From positions 660,001-692,000 of the forward strand of contig FP565575.1 in the NCBI GenBank assembly GCA_000091165.1: a stretch of 32,000 nucleotides of DNA. The letters are read 5' to 3'. The notes beneath the pieces are model-generated. The model ran no database searches and had not been told where the DNA came from. It worked only from the letters and a program-made list of their open reading frames with translations. Source of the stretch: Candidatus Methylomirabilis oxygeniifera. GTDB lineage: Bacteria; Methylomirabilota; Methylomirabilia; Methylomirabilales; Methylomirabilaceae. Shown one piece after another: positions 8,042 to 16,354 of the stretch (its first letter is position 1; every line of letters begins with the position of its first letter). A program made the position numbers and the translations under genes.

Positions 8042-9889
8042 CCCATCTTCCGCAGTTCGAGCATGGCACACCAACAACATCACACAGTTATAACTCAGAT
8101 CAGGCCGTTTTCTGCACTACATCGTCAACGACCTTGGGCCGGTTGGGCAGCAAAATATTCATCCACTGGAGCAGCACCCTCAGAGCTTGTGAAGGGGTGG
8201 AGACCACTCGCAGCCTGAGGGTTTTGTCGTTCGCTGGCAGCAGGATATCCAAGGATCGCACCTCCCGCATCTCCTCCAGGAGCTGTCTCGGCGCAGCGCC
8301 GAGTCCTGGAGCCTTCATCCACTGCTGCAGGCTTCGCCACATGGCCAGGGCCAGAAAACAGACCAGGATATGGGCCCGGGTCCGGTCCTGTCGCTGATGG
8401 TAGATCGGCCGCATGCCGAGATCCGACTTTTCGATCCGGAAGACGTCTTCCACTTCGGTCAAGCGGTTTCCGTGACTGTCACGGTGAAGAGCGAGGCGGC
8501 CCGGCTGTTTCTCTCCAGCAGCCGTCGGATCCGACGTTCGGCCTTCTGCCGATCCCGGAGTCGGCCCTGCTCGGCCTGGGCTTTCAGGGTGTGCAGTTCG
8601 GCCTCCAGACGGGCCAGAAATCGGTCGAGGATGGCCGCCTCCTTGGCCTTCCGACCGTCGGACCGGCACAGCACAAAGATGTCCGCTCCGCCGTCAGGTG
8701 ACGCGCACGTTTTGACCTCGACGCCGGGCTGCACCTCCGCCCAGTCGTGGGCCAGCAGTTCGTGGTCAAACTTTCTGAGCATCGACTTCGGAGTGCCGAC
8801 GAGATAACGTGCGCCACGCTGCCGCAGACACGCCAGGTTCTCTTCGCTGACCATCCCCCGGTCCATGACCCAGATGCGCTCGGTCTGACCGTACTTATGC
8901 TCCATGGTCAGTGCCATGTCTTTGGTCGTGGTGACATCGGGACGATTGCCGTCGAAGACACTTCAAAGGCCAGAGGCAAGCCATCCCGGCTCGTCACCAG
9001 GCCGATACAGACCTGGGGGCAATCCGGGCGACTGTCGCGGCTGTAGCCCCTCCTGGCCTGCGGATTACCGCGCGCCAGACCTTCCCAGTAGGCGGAGGTG
9101 ATATCGTAAAACAGAAAGTCGAAGGTGGCCCCAAAGAGTGTGCCGTAGCGCTCCTGCAGGTGTTGGCACAGGGCGTCTTTATATGGCAACAGGAGACATC
9201 CAGGGCGCGGTAGAGGCGATCGTCGTTGACCCTGTCCGTGGGCACGCCCAGCAGATCCTCACACGCGGTCTTGGCATACCAGGAGTCGGCGATCTGCAGT
9301 TCCGACGATGGGGCGCAGAATCAGGCAATGGTGAGGAGGCAGGCCATGACGGACCACGGGATCGCTTCCCTGCCTTCGGCCATCTGGGCGTGACACCAGG
9401 TGGCCAAGCCGAGCCGGTGCCACAGGAGCAGCGCCAGATACACATCGCCGAAGTGTCGCAGCCGCTCGACGCTGACACGCGTAAGATCGATAGTCGCCCA
9501 TGCCGGCGGCTCTGCTACCTGTTCAAAGAGACTGCGGTGGGGGCTTCCCTGTAAGCAGGCGGCCGATGGCGTCCCGGCCGATCCGCTCCTCTCGGTCCAG
9601 TCCCGGCAGTTCCCCGATCGTGGCGACGATGCGCTGGCGAGGGCCTCGTGCCGTGCGAACGGATTCCATCAGCGACCAGTAGCCGTACGTTTCGCCGTCC
9701 ACGTGCTTGTCATGTCGCCGCAGGTACATAACCGACGTTATGCCCGATCTCTGCGCCCACTGCAAAAGGCTTTTCTGCACTACACGTGGTGTTCGGCATC
9801 CGGCGCTTCCGGATCCCGGAGTGACGCGGTCCGGCTGATCGATTGACTATCTTTTCGGTGCAGATCGAGCCGTTGCTGCGGAAGATGGG
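8042..9889 (-). mobile_element. IS1634-family (IS4 superfamily) insertion sequence, non-autonomous because the transposase is decayed
   Basis: Perfect 14-bp terminal inverted repeats: CCCATCTTCCGCAG at 8042-8055 and CTGCGGAAGATGGG at 9876-9889. They bracket 1848 bp containing the transposase fragments. No flanking target-site duplication detected (ctag vs ttaa). Confidence 0.75.
8100..9729 (-). pseudogene. IS1634-family transposase, disrupted
   Basis: Fragments in different frames:
- 9729-9523: MYLRRHDKHVDGETYGYWSLMESVRTARGPRQRIVATIGEL.
- A shifted frame gives FEQVAEPP...LLTIA, then an in-frame TGA, then FCAPSSELQIADSWY...DDRLYRALD.
- 9189-8908: LPYKDALCQHLQERYG...YDITSAYWEG...RGYSRDSRPDCPQV.
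- 8917-8459: DMALTMEHKYGQTERIWVMDRGM.
- 8669-8100: LTEVEDVFRIEKSDLGMRPIYHQRQDRTRAHILVCFLA.
That is at least four frameshifts, one nonsense codon and a probable internal deletion. Confidence 0.8.
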
Positions 9890-9901
9890 TTAAACGTCGA
9901 C

Positions 9902-10288
9902 TCACCATTCCGTCCGCACGGGATACTGCGTGATGGCTGGATCGGGCGTCAGAATGGTCAGGCCGTGGGCGATGGCCTGGCAGATGAGCATCCGGTCGAA
10001 GGGGTCTTTGTGGTAATCGGGCAGCCTGGCAAGCTGCAGTACGGCAGCTTCCTCGAGCGACAGCGATCTGATTTCGTGGAGTGTGCGCTGTCTTGAGATG
10101 AATTGTCGGGGTGGCTCCGGTAACGGCAGACGGCCCAGGCGGTGCTTGATGACGATCTCCCAGGCGGACACAGCGCTCAGGTAGACCTCGTTGTCCGGGT
10201 CCGAAAAGAACTGACGCGCACTGGACGACAGATCGGGGCTATCGGCGATCAGCCACACGAACGTGCAGGTGTCGAGCAGCAGGTTCAC
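9902..10288 (-). CDS. vapC: PIN-domain ribonuclease toxin (VapC family)
   Basis: 128 aa. MNLLLDTCTFVWL (first acidic PIN residue), SAVSAWEIVIK and DPFDRMLICQAIAHGLTILTPD. The GTG start overlaps the antitoxin stop (GTGA). Confidence 0.85.
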   Translation of the reverse strand: MNLLLDTCTFVWLIADSPDLSSSARQFFSDPDNEVYLSAVSAWEIVIKHRLGRLPLPEPPRQFISRQRTLHEIRSLSLEEAAVLQLARLPDYHKDPFDRMLICQAIAHGLTILTPDPAITQYPVRTEW

Positions 10289-10530
10289 GCCTCACGGCCC
10301 TCAAAGGCAGCGATCAGCTCTTCCGGTAGCGGTTCGAAAAATGTCTTGGGAACCTGGAAAACCTTTTTCGCAAGTCCGATCGGGCGCGGCTTTTTGGGAA
10401 GCGTCGGCAGCGGGCGAATCTCAGCGATCGGGGTATTGCGTTTGCACAGCAGGATCGTCTCGCCCTCTTCAAGCTTTACCAGATACTCCGAGAGGTGAGT
10501 TTTGGCCTCGTGAATATTGATCTTGATCAT
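10285..10530 (-). CDS. Phd/YefM-type antitoxin
   Basis: 81 aa. MIKINIHEAKTHLSEYLVKLEEGETILLCKRNTPIAEIRPL matches the Phd/YefM N-terminal fold pattern. 4-nt overlap with vapC. Confidence 0.75.
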   Translation of the reverse strand: MIKINIHEAKTHLSEYLVKLEEGETILLCKRNTPIAEIRPLPTLPKKPRPIGLAKKVFQVPKTFFEPLPEELIAAFEGREA

Positions 10531-10536
10531 GGTTAT

Positions 10537-10565
10537 ATATTAAATCATCTAGTAAACCTTGTCAA
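10537..10565 (-). promoter_or_regulatory. Near-consensus sigma70 promoter for the phd-vapC operon; the transcript is probably leaderless
   Basis: Minus strand reads TTGACA (10565-10560), 17 nt spacer, TAATAT (10542-10537), then only 6 nt (ATAACC) before ATG 10530. No Shine-Dalgarno sequence is possible. Confidence 0.5.
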
Positions 10566-10701
10566 GGATGGCTTTAGTGAGATCGGTCCTTCTCACGAGG
10601 ACGTCGTAATCGGCATAGGCAGTGCAGAACGGTTCGTGCCTCATCCGGTAATATTCCTTGACACTTATTTGATAAACTGGGTATGTTTATGACCGGCCTA
10701 G

Positions 10702-11323
10702 GAATTTACCGGAAACAATAACTGTTTCGATGACCGCCTCCACACGCTGCAGCAGGACCATCTCGGTCTGATCACTGAAGCCTATTGCTCTCTCTATCCG
10801 GAGAAAAAAAACACCGAAAAGGTCTGCTGCTTTTTCGACGAGATTCAGGCCGTTCCCGGATGGGAGCGCTTCGTCGACCGCGTGATGCGCACGGAACAAT
10901 GCGAGGTCTATCTCACGGGCTCGTCGGCCAAGATGCTCTCGAAGGAGATTGCCACGCAGATGCGCGGGCGGGCGCTCTCATGGGAGCTGTTTCCGTTCTC
11001 GTTCAGGGAATTCCTGGACTACAAAGCCATCGAGAGTGAGGGCGCGCTGTTGACGAAGAAGCGGTTCCTCGTTTAGAAGGCGTTCGAGGCGTACGGGAGA
11101 CCGGTGGCTTCCCCGAGGTCGTCGGCCTTGGCCGGAACCTTCGGATCAAGACGCACCAGGAATACTTTCATACTATAGTGAAGCGATGACTGAACTCAAG
11201 CTCACAGCAGTAACCATCGTGACCCGGAGCGGGCGTGAGCGAATCGAGGTGGACGGTGGAACCATCGAGGTCGTTCCGGCATGGCGATTCCTCCTCGACC
11301 TACCGGAATCAACAATCTAACCA
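10702..11323 (+). pseudogene. AAA-type ATPase with DUF4143 domain, decayed
   Basis: The frame open from 10702 gives FDDRLHTLQQ...CCFFDEIQAVPGWERFVDRVMRTEQCEVYLTGSSAKMLSKEIATQMRGRALSWELFPFSFREFL (Walker B and sensor region). The Walker A N-terminus is missing. There is an in-frame TAG at 11074-11076, then a frameshift into TGGFPEVVGLGRNLRIKTHQEYFHTIVKR. A large internal deletion follows. The C-terminal tail is a 45-codon ORF at 11186-11323 (..GRERIEVDGGTIEVVPAWRFLL). Confidence 0.6.
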
Positions 11324-11671
11324 GAGGCTGAAAACGATTATCGGTGGAGCTTGCCCCTCGACTCTGACCAGGGGCAGATGTACCGATCGGTTTTTGCTTG
11401 AACTGGGTTTGGATTCTTTGATAGTGTCTCGGCTACCTCAGCGCCATCGCTTGCTTGTCGCTCTATCCGATTCGGTCACCGCAAGATACCGGGGAGGCCG
11501 AGCAGGAGGATCTCGGCAAGTTGGTCCATCCGGCGGGTTGATGAACAAGATGCGGAAGACACCCCAACGGGAGATTGAGCGGGCTGAGGCGCATCGGAGA
11601 GTGTATATGCAGAGGAGCGTCACGCGATAACCCCCCGGCCTAAAGGCGGGGACTTATAGGAGCCGTCATTT

Positions 11672-12421
11672 ATGATCAGCAGGGTGTCTGTGTTCATTGG
11701 TCTGGTGCTGGGTGTGGTCTTCATTGCGGGGTGCGAGAAACGCGAGATGCATGTCAAAACCGTTAATGTCAGCGCATCAACCATTTACTGCCGCTTCGAT
11801 CCATCCTGTGCGGTAAACAGTAACGACAGCACTACGACGCCTATTCCGATGCAGGCTGGGGGGACCGCGTTGCTCCACTCCCGCACCTTCGCGGGCAAAC
11901 CCGGGACGCCGGCGAGCGGTCTGTACGGCTACGAGTATCGGCTGGATCTCGAAAAGGCCAGCGAGACGATGGTGGAGGTCGAAGGTGTTGCGACGAAGCG
12001 CGTGCCTTGTTTGTTGACCATGTCGCTGGAGTTTGGTCCTATCGTCGATACCCTGGATTACGATGGTGATGGGAAGGCGGGAGATTTGATCTATATCGTC
12101 ACGAGCGGCGGGCCCGGCACGATTCGGCCTGGAGCGGTCCACCGGTGGCGCAACAAGCTCATCGTGAACTTCGACACCCCCGTCTGCGTCGGACCGTCCG
12201 GTGACCAGGGCCATAGCAGCTATCTCTTTGGCCTAGCCTCCACGCAGCCCCCGACGTCCGTCGAAGCCACGGTCAAGGAAACGGCCGGCTTAGCCGCGGC
12301 ACCGGTAAAATACGAGCAACTTCCACGGGCGGCAAAACTCGAACACCTGCCAAGCTACAACGTGCCGGTCCGCGGCCCTCAGATCAGTCCGACGCAGGAG
12401 TCGGAGCGTTCCGGAAGCTAG
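11672..12421 (+). CDS. Hypothetical lipoprotein
   Basis: 249 aa. Signal peptide with lipobox (VVFIAG-C). AGGAG lies upstream of the ATG. Ordinary composition, no recognised domain. Confidence 0.65.
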   Translation: MISRVSVFIGLVLGVVFIAGCEKREMHVKTVNVSASTIYCRFDPSCAVNSNDSTTTPIPMQAGGTALLHSRTFAGKPGTPASGLYGYEYRLDLEKASETMVEVEGVATKRVPCLLTMSLEFGPIVDTLDYDGDGKAGDLIYIVTSGGPGTIRPGAVHRWRNKLIVNFDTPVCVGPSGDQGHSSYLFGLASTQPPTSVEATVKETAGLAAAPVKYEQLPRAAKLEHLPSYNVPVRGPQISPTQESERSGS

Positions 12422-12442
12422 TGTCGTGTCCCTGACGGTACG

Positions 12443-13150
12443 TTACATATTCCGTTCGTCGTGAGCCTGGTCGAAGGACTCACCACGAACGGAATATAGG
12501 GATTTCTGCGATACTACGCTGGCCCGCACTCGCAGACCTTCCAGTATGACCCAGAAGAGTTCACCGCGCGGCAGGTCACCTGTATCAGTATCGAACGCTG
12601 CGATCTGGCGATGATCGACACCAAGAGCAGAGCGCTCGAAGTCGTTCAAGCGCTGAGAGCATAGTTCGCCAGAGTGCAGCCGATCACCGTCCAACAGGTG
12701 TCTCAGGTTACAGCCCCATGTCGGCCGGATAGTCATGGCTGATGTCCCATGTTGCCACTTTCCCAGGTCCTGGCACATCCCGTGCAATTGCATCCGCGCC
12801 TGAGAGGGTCGGCCGACAGACACGACAGCCTGACGGGGAGGTACCGCGTGGCGCATGTCAAGACGGATGAAGTTGTTGCGAAGATGATCGAGGTAGGAGT
12901 TGCAAAAGGACAGCTTCCGATGACTCTTGGCAACGTCGTCGTCGGCTTTCTGTTTACCGGCCTTCCGCTCTACATCACCCATCATCGTAAGAATCAGGCG
13001 CGTTGAACTGCTGAGTGAAGCCGCACCGGCACCTCGCCTCTGCGCAAGGTTCGGGACAGCCCACCCGTAAACGGCGCACAGCAAGTCGGATTGCGTCGAA
13101 CTCGGGCTGCGGCGGATCTGAGATGATCGCTCGCTGCCGTTCCTCCGCAC
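12443..13150 (-). other. Doubtful 235-codon ORF; non-coding or a decayed gene relic
   Basis: Arg/Ser-rich with a GTG start. Its 3' end is encoded by the 12447-12497 hairpin. There are weak resemblances to an IS3-type integrase core (DL..AVYGWAV ... DRLHSGELCSQRLNDFERS vs YN..RLHSALGY.SP..FE), but these are not convincing. Confidence 0.2.
12447..12497. terminator. Long hairpin (19-bp stem with one mismatch, 13-nt loop) downstream of the lipoprotein gene
   Basis: ATATTCCGTTCGTCGTGAG cctggtcgaagga CTCACCACGAACGGAATAT. Starts 26 nt after stop 12421. There is no clear U-tract, so its terminator function is uncertain. Confidence 0.4.
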
Positions 13151-13156
13151 AGCAGT

Positions 13157-14032
13157 TCAGGACCTCCGTTTCTCTCTGGTGGAGGGCGTGATCACCATGG
13201 ACATGAACAACAGCGCAAGCAGCCCCAGCAGGGCTGGAGTGAAAAGAATCAAAAACCCTGGTCCCATTCGCCATTTTCCCGTAATCGGATCGTAGTCAAA
13301 GCAGCGAAAAATGGTGTTGTCTCCGGGGAGGGGATATGAGGGAATAAATTCCCCCTGCATTTCTCTCAATACCTCTGCCAGTCTGGAGGTTGCCTGAAAC
13401 CCTGCGAGTATTCTCAGGAGATACCCATTCCGATCAATGCCGGCGACCATCGCCGGATGATCGTATCCTTTGATCTCTTCGCGCCATTCAATGTGAAACC
13501 CCATGCTTTGGGTTAGTGCTGTGATCTCTTTCGTTACGCCAAATAGCCAGCGTTCCGGTTGGGGTAAGTCCAGGATACTCGCCACTCTCGTCATATCCTC
13601 TACAGTATCCAGAGGATCAAGACTGAGGACCAGCACGCGATATCCATCCACTCGAATGTTTTGCAGTTCGTTCCGAAGATACTGGAGATACGGGTAGCAA
13701 ATAGTCGGACATCGGGTATACACCATCGTGAGAAGAACGGGATGTGTCGTATAGATCTCAGAAAGGTGAATCTCCTTCTGAGCAGTCTGTACAACGATAT
13801 CCGGGATCTTGCGATAGACGTATCGATTCTCATCGGGCAATGCTGGTTGCGCAAAGGCGGACGCTGCCGGCAAAAGTATAATGGTGCAGGTGATGAACGC
13901 CGCCGAATACAGTCGACAGCGTGCTACGACGGAACAACGCGGAGCCTTCGGCAGGATAATAGTTGAGAGCAAGGCAAGCTGTCGAATAAGGTCGTTGACT
14001 CGAGGATTCACGATGACTTGGCAAGAGACCAT
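13157..14032 (-). CDS. SCO1/SenC-family thioredoxin-fold copper chaperone with a C-terminal TM anchor
   Basis: 291 aa. LTMVYTRCPTICYPYL (CxxxC Cu site) and a downstream His in GYDHPAMVAGIDRNG. C-terminal FRCFDYDPITGKWR followed by a TM helix, as in many SCO-family proteins. The start codon is uncertain (ATG 14032, or an internal GTG or TTG). Confidence 0.8.
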   Translation of the reverse strand: MVSCQVIVNPRVNDLIRQLALLSTIILPKAPRCSVVARCRLYSAAFITCTIILLPAASAFAQPALPDENRYVYRKIPDIVVQTAQKEIHLSEIYTTHPVLLTMVYTRCPTICYPYLQYLRNELQNIRVDGYRVLVLSLDPLDTVEDMTRVASILDLPQPERWLFGVTKEITALTQSMGFHIEWREEIKGYDHPAMVAGIDRNGYLLRILAGFQATSRLAEVLREMQGEFIPSYPLPGDNTIFRCFDYDPITGKWRMGPGFLILFTPALLGLLALLFMSMVITPSTREKRRS

Positions 14033-14157
14033 CTCTTGATGCTTGACAGATACATTGAAATGCTCATGCCCCCTTATTCGTTAATACACCCCGCAATACA
14101 GATTCAGCCCGGTATCTTTGAATTACGCGTCCTCTCCGCCTTGGGAACCATCACGCC

Positions 14158-14793
14158 TTATGGGGCTGTACGAACAAACGAAGCGGCGCTGATTGTTCCC
14201 TCAGTAAAGCCAAGCCGGAAGTCGTAACGACGGCCTCCGAATGGAACTTGCAAGGCATCCCAATTCCGGAGAGTCCGTTGTTCCCTCGGCCTTCCTTCAG
14301 GAGTGGACTCTTTGACCGTATTACACGAGTCATCAACGATCGAAATAACCTTGAATATCTTTCCGTCTGAGACAAATCGAAATACAAGCGCGCCAATGGG
14401 TTGACCTGAATCGGTGAACTCAACGCCAATGGCTTCTTCCTTATTCTGGTCTCGCCCGATAAGCACAACATCTCTGGAGCCTTCCTCCAGGATCCGCACT
14501 CTGCCGTTTGGAACATTGGAGAAATATGCCGCAAGGCAGCCCTGTGCCCCTGGTGATTGTGCATCCATGAGAGTAGAAGGTTGGTTGGCGGGCTGCGCCG
14601 ATGGCGCAGTCACAGCAGGCCCTCTTGATGCCGACGTCGCAGCGGGGATCGGACGTGCATGTTTACGGTCGAACACTCCAAATGAATAAACAATGCTAAG
14701 CAGTCCGATGATAGCCGTTATGACTGTCGCTATCCCTGTCAGGATTCCCTGCGTGGAACTCCAGAAGGATTTTTTGTCGCTCATGTTGTTCAT
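14158..14793 (-). CDS. Hypothetical single-pass membrane protein
   Basis: 211 aa. N-terminal TM helix (ILTGIATVITAIIGLLSIVYSFGVF), a Pro/Ala/Ser-rich linker and a ~125-aa globular domain with two Cys. Lies between HCO subunit I and SCO on the same strand. Confidence 0.6.
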   Translation of the reverse strand: MNNMSDKKSFWSSTQGILTGIATVITAIIGLLSIVYSFGVFDRKHARPIPAATSASRGPAVTAPSAQPANQPSTLMDAQSPGAQGCLAAYFSNVPNGRVRILEEGSRDVVLIGRDQNKEEAIGVEFTDSGQPIGALVFRFVSDGKIFKVISIVDDSCNTVKESTPEGRPREQRTLRNWDALQVPFGGRRYDFRLGFTEGTISAASFVRTAP

Positions 14794-14917
14794 GGCTTGC
14801 CCCCAATGATATTGGCTTGACTAACCTCTGTCATGCGCAGATGGCTATTGTCTCCCTGGATTACGACGGCAAACAAACATAAATCGGACATCTCACCGAG
14901 TGGCTGAGCATAACCAC

Positions 14918-16342
14918 TCAACGGGAAAAGGCTTTGGCGCACCTCTGTGATGCGCCGAAAAAAAAGACGATGATCCCTAGCAAATACAACAGGGCGAAAA
15001 TCACGGCAGCTTTTGCCAGTGTTGTGCCAAGGGGCAGATCGGGAGGATAGAGATTGAATCTTCTGGGGATGGAGAACGTTCCCGAAAGATAAAACATGCT
15101 TACGAATCCCCAGCCCCCGAATAAGAGCAATGCAAAGACGCTCCTCGAAAGTCCGACAGAGAAGGGTGTTCCGGACACCTTCTCTGCGAACCAGACGACG
15201 AAGGCGAGATTGAAAAAGATCTGACCCAACAAGTTATAGGTATGAAAGTGGGCGGGAACCCACTGGGTGTTGTGCAGGACAAAATTGTTGACAATCGTTG
15301 CATCCAACACGGCCGCTACCCCGCCTATCGCCCAACCGAGCACCCCATAAAAATAGAGGAGAGAGGCCAGATTCCATTTCATCGAGTTTCGGTAGGTATA
15401 GGCGAGCACACTGAAGATCGTGACCACCGCCGCAGGGAGAGGAGCCAGGAACGAGGCGATCTGACCGATAAACTGAAATCCGGTCGGCTGGACAAAATCC
15501 ATGTACAGATGGTGAAAGTAGGCGAACATCACGATAAGAAAGGTCGCATTCCAGGATAATGCCACATACCATGCAGTCTTCCATTTTGCGCGACGGCCGA
15601 ATTCCGGATAGAGCTCGTACAGGACCGCCACCGCCAAATACAGCATCTCATTGACCAGCGTGTGTCCAAAAATAAACGTCAGATTCTTCATCAGGAGCGC
15701 ATCGTTTTTCATCCACCCCAGATGCTCCCCAAAGTACAGGGTTAGCAGGGTCACCCCGGCAAGCAGGCAGATAAAAATACCGATCAGCGTCGCGGTGAGA
15801 ACGACAATGAATGGTGGAACCTCCGGCTCTTTTTTCCCGCGAAGGTAGTGCCAGGCCAAGGCCTGGGATAATGGATATTTCCGCAAGATGCCGATCAGCA
15901 TGGACACGGTCCAGACCAGCCAACCTACCCCCAATACTGCGATGCTGACAAGAAAAAGCGGCGTCGCCCACTCTTCCCATGTTCTGTAAAAGGGAAGCGG
16001 ATAGAGAAAATACCACCCGGCGGCAAACTTCCCGATAAAGGTCGCAATGATCAGTAAGACCACACCGATCACCGTCAGGATATAGGCGACAATGTTTCCG
16101 ACCAACGGTGACCGAGTGTATTTATTCAACAGATAGTCGTTACTGGCCATGCCGATGACAAACCAGGTGCCCGCCATGCCGAGGCCATGGAGGGTGAGGA
16201 ATGAGAAGAAACGGTCCGCCGGCACGGTGATCACGCCTCCCTGGTTGGCACGCATCAAGATGCCGAGAAGGATCAGGATGGGAAAGAGGATAAGGCCGGT
16301 GTAGGTCCATACCGCGGTCATGCGGGAATATGTTTTCTCCAT
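14918..16342 (-). CDS. Heme-copper oxidase superfamily subunit I, B-family-like, lacking the cross-link Tyr (NO-reductase-type candidate)
   Basis: 474 aa, about 12 TM helices. All six canonical His ligands are present: H52 (LTLHG), H227 (IFGHTLVN), H277/H278 (AYFHHLY) and H365/H367 (WVPAHFHT). Asn231 occupies the position of the GHPxVY tyrosine. Confidence 0.9.
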   Translation of the reverse strand: MEKTYSRMTAVWTYTGLILFPILILLGILMRANQGGVITVPADRFFSFLTLHGLGMAGTWFVIGMASNDYLLNKYTRSPLVGNIVAYILTVIGVVLLIIATFIGKFAAGWYFLYPLPFYRTWEEWATPLFLVSIAVLGVGWLVWTVSMLIGILRKYPLSQALAWHYLRGKKEPEVPPFIVVLTATLIGIFICLLAGVTLLTLYFGEHLGWMKNDALLMKNLTFIFGHTLVNEMLYLAVAVLYELYPEFGRRAKWKTAWYVALSWNATFLIVMFAYFHHLYMDFVQPTGFQFIGQIASFLAPLPAAVVTIFSVLAYTYRNSMKWNLASLLYFYGVLGWAIGGVAAVLDATIVNNFVLHNTQWVPAHFHTYNLLGQIFFNLAFVVWFAEKVSGTPFSVGLSRSVFALLLFGGWGFVSMFYLSGTFSIPRRFNLYPPDLPLGTTLAKAAVIFALLYLLGIIVFFFGASQRCAKAFSR

Positions 16343-16354
16343 ATCGTCTTCTCC

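Noticed and set aside
11330-11671. ORF 11235-11630, a 29-codon ORF (MNKMRKTPQREIERAEAHRRVYMQRSVTR) and the hairpin TGCCCCT..AGGGGCA
   Set aside because: Arg-rich or very short, with no SD or motif support. The hairpin lacks an adjacent U-tract.
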